DNA of 64,000 bases from Tissierellia bacterium (GCA_030535395.1 JAUNLK010000004.1:33209-97208); one strand, 5' to 3'. Positions 44,836-52,936 are shown, counted from the first letter of the stretch. Notes: generated by a model not told the origin, from the sequence alone. A program made the numbers and translations.

Positions 44836-46021
44836 ACTAAAAAAAATAAAGGGAAACACCGTGTATAAAATTTCCTTGCTATTAATAGTATTATTAATAT
44901 TAGGAGTTTCATTTGTTTCAATAAGATCAGACAGTTTTATAGAAGATATAAATAGCACATCTCATATAAAAGGAATTAAGGCAAGTAAAGAGTGGGGGAA
45001 AGTTTACGAAGATGCTCCATCTAAAGAACTTACTGTTGATTATATACAAAAAGCATTAAGAGACTATGCTTCCTATTCAGACACTGTGAAGGGGGAACTT
45101 AATCTAAGAAAAGATTACCCAGGTGTTCTAGACATTTTAACTAAAGCTTATGGTAATTACGAAGATTCTTTAAATGATATTAATGGAGTCGAGATAAATG
45201 AAGTGGATAATTTTTATGCCAGAAATCGTCAAGTTATAAAGTCATATATGGAAGAAAAGGGCTTTAGTCAGCGTAAAATTGACAAGGCAGACAATTATTT
45301 AAAAAAAATAAAAATCCCTTATACTCTGTCCTATGTAAAACCATGGATCAACTTATGGAAAGCTATGACAATTGTAGACTACTTTTTATGTCTAGTAGCA
45401 GTTGTTTTGTCATCAAGATTATTTTCCTTAGAAAAAGAGCAAAAAATGGAGGAGCTTTTATCCACTAGGAAAAGTAGAGCCGGTTTAGTTATAGGTAGGA
45501 ATAAGGTTAAGGCAATTTGCCTCGCAGTAACCCAATTATATTTTATATCTAGTCTTTCTCTTTTTCTTATAAAGGTATTTACTACTGGTTTATCAGGAAT
45601 GGGCAGTCAAATACAGATTGAATATGTATTTTCAATCTACCCAGTGAACTTCCTGGTGGCGACAGTAGGGCACTTTCTTGTGGGATGGATAGCTATAGTT
45701 TTTGTATCGATTTTGGCAGGGTGGATTAATATTCTAACTATGAATACGACCACATCCCTTACTATATCAACAGTGACTATCTTCTTTCCTTTACTACTTG
45801 GCAAGTTATTAGGCGAGTTACAAGGACCAGTCTCAAAATTTATTGGAATACTCCCTATAAATAATATTGATTTTATAAAAAACATAAAATCATTGCCGGC
45901 TTATAACCTTTTAGGTATACCTATTTCTTCTATGGCTATGGGCTCACTGCTTGCAATATTGGTCTTCATTATTTCATTTTTTGTCATGCCTCTAATATTT
46001 AATTCTAAGCTTAAAAAGTGA
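44825..46021 (+). CDS. ABC-2-type permease, 398 aa (N-terminal TM, about 150-aa extracytoplasmic domain, C-terminal TM bundle)
   Basis: The RBS is GGAGGAAGCAGCT before the ATG. The start overlaps the ATPase stop. The segment FSLEKEQKMEELLSTRKSR is typical of the ABC-2 permease cytoplasmic gate region. The topology is NatB-like. Confidence 0.75.
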   Translation: MNFELKKIKGNTVYKISLLLIVLLILGVSFVSIRSDSFIEDINSTSHIKGIKASKEWGKVYEDAPSKELTVDYIQKALRDYASYSDTVKGELNLRKDYPGVLDILTKAYGNYEDSLNDINGVEINEVDNFYARNRQVIKSYMEEKGFSQRKIDKADNYLKKIKIPYTLSYVKPWINLWKAMTIVDYFLCLVAVVLSSRLFSLEKEQKMEELLSTRKSRAGLVIGRNKVKAICLAVTQLYFISSLSLFLIKVFTTGLSGMGSQIQIEYVFSIYPVNFLVATVGHFLVGWIAIVFVSILAGWINILTMNTTTSLTISTVTIFFPLLLGKLLGELQGPVSKFIGILPINNIDFIKNIKSLPAYNLLGIPISSMAMGSLLAILVFIISFFVMPLIFNSKLKK

Positions 46022-46063
46022 CTTTTAGGTCTTAGAGAGAACAGTGAGGAGGAAGGAAGTTAT

Positions 46064-47260
46064 ATGATTTATGAATTTAAAAAATGGTGGGGCTATCATA
46101 GTATTCAGTTCTTAATCTTATTTATCTTTCTATGCCCTCTTGTTGTTAGTCTGATATTTATCAATGGCGCTGAATCTTATGAATTAGAAAGGGGTGAGGT
46201 AGAAACTAGAACTGGAATAGATGCACTGAGGAATACCAATTATAGAGAAAAAAGCAAAGAAGAATATTTAAGTATAGAAAAAATACGCAAGCCTTTGTTA
46301 TACCTTAAGGAAAATTGGGGAGACGAAGACACATATAAAACAATGGAAGCGAAATTTCCAGAATACTACCATATTTTATATGAAGCCTATGAATCTCCAA
46401 TTAATGGGAAAGAACATAATATAAAAAATGCAAAAGCTGAAAATTTTTATGAAGAAGTAAATGCTCGTAGAAAAGAAAGGATGGGCATAGAGCAATCTAG
46501 AGAATTAGAAATTGATGATTTATCATGGTTGGATAAAGTAGAAGAACGAATCCAGGATCCATTTGTAATAGGCGAAACTACTTCTTGGGTTGTTTTAATA
46601 AAGTCACTTTACTTATCTCTCACTTGCTTGATTTTCCTCTTGCTTTTGATAGGAAATTTTATCTTTGCCTTAGACAGAGAGCAAAATATGGAGGAGATTC
46701 TTTATGTCAAAGGAGGGAAGGGCCAACATGTGAAAAGAAAAAAGATAAACACTTATCTTTTAATCAGCACACTAGCCTTAATCTACGACAGCCTTGTATG
46801 TATTTTTATTATAAAAATAATAGGCGGGAAACTACCCAATGTTAGTATTCAAGTAATCCCTCAATTTTTAATAAGTCCTTATATGATGAGAAGTTGGACG
46901 ATGTTAATCTATTACTTATTAATGGCACTCATGGGTGTAGGATCAATTCTAATTATGAATAGCATCATTAGTAATGGTTTAAGAAATTCAGTTATAAGTG
47001 CCTTGATTAGCATAAGTGTTCTTTGTATTTGTCTTTACCTTAAAAATAAGACCTATACAGGTATTGGGTTGCAACAGTTAGTATTAATCCTACCAAGTTC
47101 AAGTATAGATATACTTAGAATCTTGTCCATTGTGAGCTTTGTTGACTTGTTTGGACTAAAGGTATCTCTTTTTGGTCTAGCAATCGTTATAAATATGGGC
47201 ATAGCAGTGGTAGGATACTTTTCTTACTTTAAGGTTAATTGTTCAAACCTCTATAGTTAG
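46064..47260 (+). CDS. Second ABC-2-type permease, 398 aa, paralogue of the preceding gene
   Basis: The RBS is GAGGAGGAAGG. The architecture and length match the preceding gene. Shared motifs are NFYEEVNARRKER vs NFYARNRQVIKSY, and FALDREQNMEEILYVKGGKG vs FSLEKEQKMEELLSTRKSR. Confidence 0.75.
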   Translation: MIYEFKKWWGYHSIQFLILFIFLCPLVVSLIFINGAESYELERGEVETRTGIDALRNTNYREKSKEEYLSIEKIRKPLLYLKENWGDEDTYKTMEAKFPEYYHILYEAYESPINGKEHNIKNAKAENFYEEVNARRKERMGIEQSRELEIDDLSWLDKVEERIQDPFVIGETTSWVVLIKSLYLSLTCLIFLLLLIGNFIFALDREQNMEEILYVKGGKGQHVKRKKINTYLLISTLALIYDSLVCIFIIKIIGGKLPNVSIQVIPQFLISPYMMRSWTMLIYYLLMALMGVGSILIMNSIISNGLRNSVISALISISVLCICLYLKNKTYTGIGLQQLVLILPSSSIDILRILSIVSFVDLFGLKVSLFGLAIVINMGIAVVGYFSYFKVNCSNLYS

Positions 47261-47624
47261 AAAGGAGAATATAAATCCTACCATTGGGAAGTTGATGATA
47301 GTATACGCAAGTGAATCTTGACAAAACATATTTTAAAACTCACGTAGCCGGATATCTTCGCCAGCGATGAAATCAAGGCGGTGCGGCGGGTGTCCGGCGG
47401 GTCCCTCTTTCAATTAGATGAGGCCGTCATCGAGGTGTTGGAACAAGAGGGCCACTGGGACCACTGGCCCAACCAATTTTAGAAATATTTAAGATAAAAA
47501 GCGGGAGCAGTAGGGGCGAAAAGGTGCCCATTTCCCGCAGCTGCCAGGATGGAAGCATTCTGGTCCACGTAAAAACCTCCCCATTTGCGTGGTGTGTACC
47601 CCAAAAACTGGACATGAGATTTAG

Positions 47625-47912
47625 TTACTGACAAGTGGATGCTAACCTATATTTTGTAGGTGGCATCCATTTTGTTTTGGCTTGAATTCGCTCGTTGTTG
47701 TAATAGTAAATATATTCGTCTATGGCTCTAGAAAACTCTTTGAAGGATGAATAGTTGTTTTCTTGACCATAATACATCTCGTTCTTTAGTCGACCAAAGA
47801 AGGACTCCATGATGGAATTGTCATAACAGTTTCCTTTTCTAGACATGAATTGAGTTATATTTCGTTCTCTTAATTTTCGAACATAGCAATTGTGCTGGTA
47901 CTGCCAACCTTT
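47625..47912 (-). pseudogene. IS3-family transposase OrfB, C-terminal fragment only
   Basis: The translation ...KGWQYQHNCYVRKLRERNITQFMSRKGNCYDNSIMESFFGRLKNEMYY...IDEYIYYYNNERIQAKTKWMPPTKYR is the conserved end of the IS3 integrase core. It follows an in-frame stop at 47916-47918. The first two catalytic DDE residues are missing. Confidence 0.85.
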
Positions 47913-47943
47913 TGTTTACAAGGCCATTATATCCATTAGTTTT

Positions 47944-48237
47944 TTACCTGTTAACCCAAGTGCACAATTGCCCTGGGTTGATCCCATTTTCTATAGCTAC
48001 AACTGAGAGCGAGCGCCCAGAAAGAACTTGGGACACGTCTTCAAATTTCTGTTCAGGCGTCCAAGGAATATTTTTTCCGTATTTTAAAATTTCAGGCCCA
48101 TGAAACTCCTCAAGCTTGCCCCATAATCTTATGGTATGACGAAAATTACGTCTTGTAATCCCTTCAGGACTCTCCGGCCGCTTACCTTCGTGGTACAACC
48201 GAACACATTCCATTTTAAACTCAAAGCTATATTTCAA
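47944..48237 (-). pseudogene. IS3-family OrfA (HTH) truncated
   Basis: MKYSFEFKMECVRLYHEGKRPESPEGI...LSGRSLSVVAIENGINPGQLCTWVNR matches the IS150-type OrfA HTH regions. It ends prematurely, with no frameshift window leading into OrfB. Confidence 0.75.
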
Positions 48238-48301
48238 CGCAAATACCCCCTCTACTGGTTTGTCCAGTAAAGGGGGTACGTTTCTAGCTGTGGGGCTTTT
48301 G

Positions 48302-49612
48302 TCAGAGTTTTTTGTATTTTGTTTGTCCGTCTTTTTCCAGGAGGTAGAGGGTGTAGCTGCCCTGGGCTTTCCACTGGGGCAGTTGGATTTTGTCGCCCTC
48401 TCGCTGGAGGTCGTAGTGGAATTTTTCGTTGGCCCGGGTGATGAGGGGGGCCTCGTAGTTCACTGGGGTCTCCTGGGTGGTTTGCTCACTGTAGAAGAGT
48501 TCCACGCCCTCCGGGAGGGGGCCCTGGAAGGTCCCGGGGGTCTCCCCGGGGCGGAGTTTACCCTGGTATTCCTCCAGGGGGCTGGGGACCTGGGCGTATC
48601 TGCCTGTAATGACATAGGCAGCCCGATTCTGCCAGGCTCGTTCCAGCTGCCTCCAGGGGTACTTCCGGTAGGCGGCGCCGTCGCTGTGGGCGTAGGAGTC
48701 GGCGGCGTAGAAGTGGAGGTTCTCGGGGCCGCCGTCCCCTTCAAATTCGTAGCCGATGAGGGCCAGGAGGTGGCCGTCGGTGGCATCCATGGCTCCTGAA
48801 AGATAGGGCCGCTTGGCATCTTCAGGGTCGTGGGTGTAGGCCACGGAGATCCCCACACTCCGCCCCTGGGCAAGCTCTCTGAGGAGGAGGCCCAGGTGGC
48901 CGTACTGGACGTGGGCCTCGTAGCCCAGGCTTCCCGCTGCGGCCATGGTGAAGGCCCAGTTGCCGTAGATGGCCGTCCTGGGGTCCAGGGTTCGGGCGGC
49001 CAGGGACTCGGGGAGGTGGGGGGCCGAGGGGTCCCTGGCATTGAGGAGGACCGCCAGAGTGGTGGGGGAGCAGATCTCCATGGCAATGGCGGGCTTTCGA
49101 ATATTTTGGGCGTAGGCGGGGGCGGGGAGGAGGACTCTCTTGGGCAGCTGGGATGTGTCTGGAAAATCACAATCAGCCCCCTGGTCCCCCTTGACCGTCA
49201 CCGCCAGTTGATAGAATTTTGGCGAACCCCCTTGGCCCCTTTGGAGCTGGGCCCGGACCTGAAAGCCCCGGGCCGGTGGGTCCAGAATGAGCTCATCGTC
49301 CAGGAGCTGGGCCCCGGGGAGGGGCTCTTGAGCCAGGGTGGTCTTTTCCTCGCCTCCGGTGTAGTGGGCCCAGGTGATATAGGGGCTCCACTGACCCTCC
49401 TGGAGGATGCGGCCCTCAATAATGGCCGCAGATCCCGGGGGAAAGAGGCCATTCCAGGAGACCACCATGTGGTGGAAGGGCTCGGTGGTGACGGCCTCCG
49501 AGGTGAAGCGCCCCTCCTCCAGGCCCTCTTTCAGGCTGAGGAGGCCCTCCCCAAGTTGGAGGCCCTCCAGCTGACCTTGTTCTCCGGTGAATTTCCATAA
49601 ATTTTGTGCCAT
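48302..49612 (-). CDS. Peptidase C39-like (C39_2/BtrH-like) domain protein with an N-terminal beta-rich domain
   Basis: 436 aa with native G/C3 codon usage. The putative catalytic Cys context is AIAMEICSPTTLAVLLN. The His context is ATDGHLLALIGYE. No N-terminal signal peptide is evident. Confidence 0.6.
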   Translation of the reverse strand: MAQNLWKFTGEQGQLEGLQLGEGLLSLKEGLEEGRFTSEAVTTEPFHHMVVSWNGLFPPGSAAIIEGRILQEGQWSPYITWAHYTGGEEKTTLAQEPLPGAQLLDDELILDPPARGFQVRAQLQRGQGGSPKFYQLAVTVKGDQGADCDFPDTSQLPKRVLLPAPAYAQNIRKPAIAMEICSPTTLAVLLNARDPSAPHLPESLAARTLDPRTAIYGNWAFTMAAAGSLGYEAHVQYGHLGLLLRELAQGRSVGISVAYTHDPEDAKRPYLSGAMDATDGHLLALIGYEFEGDGGPENLHFYAADSYAHSDGAAYRKYPWRQLERAWQNRAAYVITGRYAQVPSPLEEYQGKLRPGETPGTFQGPLPEGVELFYSEQTTQETPVNYEAPLITRANEKFHYDLQREGDKIQLPQWKAQGSYTLYLLEKDGQTKYKKL

Positions 49613-49624
49613 GATTTTCCTCCA

Positions 49625-51115
49625 TTAGTCCTGCCGGGGCGTGGCCCCGGGGAAGGGATAGGCATCCATGGTTTTTTCCACAAAGTGGTGCCAGCGGTCC
49701 CGCTGGATTTGGGTGCTCTCCTGAGCTTTCTTTTGGAAGAGCTCTGAGGAGAAGGGGACTTCTCCGGGAAGGGCACCCCCGGCGCCGATTTTGGCCATGA
49801 GGGCCGCCCCATAGGCGGTGGTCTCGGTATTAGCGGAGCGGACCACCTGCCGGTTTAAAAGTTCCGACTGGAGATTCAGGAGATAGTCGTTTTTGCTGAC
49901 TCCTCCGTCCACCTTCATCACCTCTCCCTGGAGGCTGGCATCGGCCTCCATGGCCGCCACCACATCGGCGGTGAGATGGGCGATCCCCGAGAGGGTGGCC
50001 TCTATGAGATGGGCCCCGGTGACCCCCCGGCTGATGCCAAAGATGGTCCCCCGGGCATCGGCATCCCAGTAGGGGGTGCCCAGCCCCGTAAAGGCGGGGA
50101 CGAAGACCACGGGATTGCCCTCACTCACGGCCTCGGCCTCCCGGGCGGTGACGGAGAAGTCCCGAATGATCCCCAGATCCTCCTTGAGCCAGTTGAGGGC
50201 GCTGCCACAGGTGAAGATGCTCCCCTCCAGGGCGTAGGTCACTTCCTGGCCCATTTGCCAGGCAACACTGGTGAGGAGGCCGTGTTTGGAGAGAATGGGC
50301 CTCTGGCCAATATTCATGAGGACAAAGGCCCCGGTGCCGTAGGTGCACTTCACCGAGCCCTCCTCAAAGCAGTGCTGGCCAAAGAGGGCGGCCTGTTGGT
50401 CCCCCAGGATGCCAGTGATGGGAATGGCCCGCCCAAAGAGCTCCTCCTTGGTCCGGCCAAAGAGGGCGTCCGAGGGGAGGACCTCAGGGAGCATCTCCCT
50501 GGGAATGTCCAGCCAGGAGAGAATCTCCCCGTCCCAGTCCATGTCGTTGATATTGTAGAGCATGGTCCGGGAGGCATTGGAGACATCGGTGGCGTGGACG
50601 CCGGTGAGGCGGTAGAGGAGATAGCTGTCCACGGTGCCAAAGAGGAGCTCCCCTTTCCGGGCCCGCTCCCGGCCCCGGGGGGTGTGGTCCAGGATGTATT
50701 GGAGCTTGGTGGCGGAGAAATAGGCGTCCACCTCCAGCCCCGTCTTCTGCCGGATGGCCTCCCCGTGGCGCTCCTTCAGGGCCTCGGCCAGATCCGCCGT
50801 CCTCCGGCACTGCCACACAATGGCGTTGTGGACGGCCCTGCCCGTGTCTTTCTCCCAGACAATGGTGGTCTCCCGCTGATTGGCCATGCCAATGGCCCGG
50901 ACCTGTTCCCGCTGGACTCCCGAGTGGGCCAGGACCTCCGAGGCCACCCCCACCATGGTGGCGAAGAGCTCCTGGGGATCCTGCTCCACCCAACCCGGGT
51001 GGGGGAAGAATTGCTCCAGTTCCCTCTGGGCCACGGCCACCACCTGGCCCCCCTCGTCGAAGAGAATGGCTCGATTGGACGTGGTTCCTGCATCTAAGGC
51101 TAGATAATAGTTCAT
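49625..51115 (-). CDS. glpK: Glycerol kinase
   Basis: The start is the ATG at 51113-51115 (MNYYLALDAGTTSNRAILFD), preceded by AAGGGGG. FGGY-family motifs run throughout (GWVEQDP, ...GDQQAALFGQ...). The 86 upstream codons of the track ORF are not coding. Confidence 0.95.
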   Translation of the reverse strand: MNYYLALDAGTTSNRAILFDEGGQVVAVAQRELEQFFPHPGWVEQDPQELFATMVGVASEVLAHSGVQREQVRAIGMANQRETTIVWEKDTGRAVHNAIVWQCRRTADLAEALKERHGEAIRQKTGLEVDAYFSATKLQYILDHTPRGRERARKGELLFGTVDSYLLYRLTGVHATDVSNASRTMLYNINDMDWDGEILSWLDIPREMLPEVLPSDALFGRTKEELFGRAIPITGILGDQQAALFGQHCFEEGSVKCTYGTGAFVLMNIGQRPILSKHGLLTSVAWQMGQEVTYALEGSIFTCGSALNWLKEDLGIIRDFSVTAREAEAVSEGNPVVFVPAFTGLGTPYWDADARGTIFGISRGVTGAHLIEATLSGIAHLTADVVAAMEADASLQGEVMKVDGGVSKNDYLLNLQSELLNRQVVRSANTETTAYGAALMAKIGAGGALPGEVPFSSELFQKKAQESTQIQRDRWHHFVEKTMDAYPFPGATPRQD

Positions 51116-51221
51116 GATAACCCCCTTTCCAGTAGTGTAACAAAATTCTCCGTGGAGTTGGGGACCCAAAATACTTACAGCTCCGTGATATAATGGAAAA
51201 AAATCGGAGGAGGAGATCCAC

Positions 51222-52076
51222 ATGAAAGTTCGGGGTCGTCGCAGAAGTTCCAATGTCAATGATATCCGAGGCAAGAGGGGGCGGATCCCCGGCGGTGGCC
51301 TGGGGGGCGGGGCGGTCCTCCTCCTCATGCTGGTGGTGTATCTCTTTACGGGAGAGCTCCCCGGGGGCCTCATGGAGGGAAATCAAAGGGCAGCTCAGCC
51401 CCCCGCCCAGCAGCAGGTCCAAGTGGAGGGGGAGGATGCCCTCTTTGAATTTGCATCCGTTGCCCTGGCCGACACCGAGGATGCCTGGACGGAGATCTTC
51501 GCCCGGGAGGGCGCCAGCTACCAGCCCCCTCAAATGACCGTCTACAGCGACTATGTCCACTCCGCCTGTGGGGGTCAGTCGGCACAGGTGGGGCCCTTCT
51601 ACTGCCCCGGGGACCAGACGGTGTACCTGGACCTCTCCTTTTACAACGACCTCCACCAGCGGCTGGGGGCCCGGGGGGACTTTGCCTTCAGCTATGTCAT
51701 CTCCCACGAGGTGGGCCACCACGTCCAGCGGGAGACCGGGATCATGGGTCAGGTTCAGCGGATCCAGCAGCAGGTTTCCAAGGAGCGGGCCAATGAGTGG
51801 AATGTGGCCCTGGAACTCCAGGCCGACTATCTGGCGGGGGTGGTGGCCCGCTATCAGGACGAAATGGGGGTCCTGGACGAGGGGGACATTGAGGAGGCCA
51901 TCTCCGCCACCATCGCCGTGGGGGACGACACCATTCAGAAGCGGGCCCAGGGCTATGTGGTCCCCGACTCCTTCACCCACGGCACCGCCCAGCAGCGGAT
52001 GGAGTGGTACCAGCGGGGCTACGAGGCGGGGGATCTCTCCCAGTGGGACACCTACACCGCCCTGGGGCTCCAGTGA
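51222..52076 (+). CDS. Neutral zinc metallopeptidase (YpfJ-like)
   Basis: N-terminal RRRSSNVNDIRG, one TM segment, GPFYCPGDQTVYLDLSFY, and HEVGHH (HExxH). Confidence 0.85.
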   Translation: MKVRGRRRSSNVNDIRGKRGRIPGGGLGGGAVLLLMLVVYLFTGELPGGLMEGNQRAAQPPAQQQVQVEGEDALFEFASVALADTEDAWTEIFAREGASYQPPQMTVYSDYVHSACGGQSAQVGPFYCPGDQTVYLDLSFYNDLHQRLGARGDFAFSYVISHEVGHHVQRETGIMGQVQRIQQQVSKERANEWNVALELQADYLAGVVARYQDEMGVLDEGDIEEAISATIAVGDDTIQKRAQGYVVPDSFTHGTAQQRMEWYQRGYEAGDLSQWDTYTALGLQ

Positions 52077-52101
52077 GCTGGATATCTTAAAAATTTTCAC
52101 T

Positions 52102-52130
52102 AAAAAAGTCACCCTAGTTGTAGGGTGACT
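52102..52130 (-). terminator. Terminator serving the minus-strand chromate-transporter operon
   Basis: AGTCACCCTA (52107-52116) pairs with TAGGGTGACT (52121-52130). The plus-strand A-run 52102-52107 gives a T-run on the minus strand. It lies about 250 nt beyond the stop at 52379. Confidence 0.6.
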
Positions 52131-52149
52131 TTAAAAACTGAATGGTACG

Positions 52150-52176
52150 GGGTGAGCTTCGGCTCACCCATTTTTT
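52150..52176 (+). terminator. Terminator of the metallopeptidase gene
   Basis: GGGTGAGC (52150-57), TTCG loop, GCTCACCC (52162-69), then ATTTTTT. Confidence 0.8.
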
Positions 52177-52378
52177 ATTGACTGGGTTTTTTGGCTTGGG
52201 TCTTTCGCCCCCGGTGTTTGAAAGGCCTCTTTGGAAACTACCGCCATTTTCGGGACATTTGTCCATGGAAGGAGCTCCAAAATTTGGAACAGATGTCAAA
52301 CTCAGGGGGACTTGGGGCGTGGTGATATTTTTCAAAACGGGGATTTACCGGGGGAATATTTCCGTATGAACTCTATGG

Positions 52379-52933
52379 CTATGCCAAAATCAGCTCCAGG
52401 ACAATGCCAATGATGCCCCCGAGGACGATGAGCTTGATTAGATCCACCCGCTTGATATAGAGGATGAGGCCCACCACGAAGCAGACCAGGGCGGGAATTT
52501 GGAGTTCACTCAAGGCGAGGCCCCCGGGAAATATGGAGTTTGTGAGCATATCCGTTGCGGCAATGAAGATGAGGCCCACCGTTCCCGGCTTGATGCCTCT
52601 GAGGAGGTCTCCCAGGAACTGATACTGTTTTTTCTGGGTGAAGAGCTTGTAGCCCAGAAAGGACATGAGGATGCTCTGGGGACTGATGGCCCCCAGGGTG
52701 GCCAAGAGGCTGCCGGGGAGTCCCCCCACTTTGGCCCCCACAAAGGTGGCGGCATTGATGGCGATGGGGCCGGGAGTCATTTGGCTGATGACCACCAAAT
52801 CGGTGAAGGTGGTCATATTCACCCAGCCCTTTTGCTCCACAATGAACTCTTGAATGAGGGGAATGGTGGCATAGCCTCCGCCAAAGGCCATGGCGCCAAT
52901 TTGAAAGTAGACGAGGTATAGGGATAATAACAT
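52379..52933 (-). CDS. Chromate transporter family protein (second half-size subunit)
   Basis: 184 aa. FQIGAMAFGGGYATIPLIQEFIVEQKGWV...QMTPGPIAINAATFVG is the CHR family motif. Confidence 0.85.
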   Translation of the reverse strand: MLLSLYLVYFQIGAMAFGGGYATIPLIQEFIVEQKGWVNMTTFTDLVVISQMTPGPIAINAATFVGAKVGGLPGSLLATLGAISPQSILMSFLGYKLFTQKKQYQFLGDLLRGIKPGTVGLIFIAATDMLTNSIFPGGLALSELQIPALVCFVVGLILYIKRVDLIKLIVLGGIIGIVLELILA

Positions 52934-52936
52934 GAT

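Larger units (their letters stand above)
42922..47340. mobile_element. AT-rich genomic island inserted next to tRNA-Ser (no integrase visible)
   Basis: Composition and codon usage change abruptly. From about 43.2 to 47.34 kb the DNA is visibly AT-rich with A/T-ending codons, whereas the flanks have G/C-ending codons. The left edge is a tRNA 3' end. The right side abuts a GC-rich gene fragment and an IS3-family remnant. Composition was judged by eye only. Confidence 0.65.
47595..48280 (-). mobile_element. Internally deleted IS3-family (IS150-group-like) insertion sequence retaining both terminal inverted repeats
   Basis: The ends are TGTACCCCAAAAACTGGACA (47595-47614, plus strand) and CGTACCCCCTTTACTGGACA (reverse complement of 48261-48280), sharing GTACCCC....CTGGACA. 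Inside are a truncated OrfA and only the C-terminal tail of OrfB. The element is about 0.69 kb, whereas intact relatives are about 1.4 kb. Confidence 0.75.

Noticed and set aside
47427-47615. 62-codon minus-strand ORF spanning the GC-rich patch and the IS end.
   Set aside because: It starts inside the IS inverted repeat, crosses a composition boundary and has no family resemblance. The shorter RBS-preceded 29-codon frame is mentioned in the findings instead.
42895-48300. att-type direct repeat of the tRNA-Ser 3' end, and an integrase, to define the island as an integrative element.
   Set aside because: I could not find a second copy of the tRNA 3' segment (GGTTCGAATCCCTCCTTCTCC) near 47.3 or 48.3 kb, and no recombinase gene is present. 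The island is therefore described only as integrase-less or eroded.
49625-51373. N-terminal extensions of track ORFs: glpK to 51373, Crp/Fnr to 57251, chrA to 54654, SLH protein to 3127, rsmG from 35538, HAD from 12293, MarR to 15616, and others.
   Set aside because: In each case an internal ATG preceded by a GGAGG-type RBS coincides with the conserved N-terminus of the family. The upstream extension is Arg/Pro-rich nonsense overlapping promoters or neighbouring genes.
52114-52335. 73-codon minus-strand ORF in the convergent spacer.
   Set aside because: It has a TTG start without an RBS, and a Pro/Ser/Asn-rich sequence with no hydrophobic core or motif. It is treated as non-coding.
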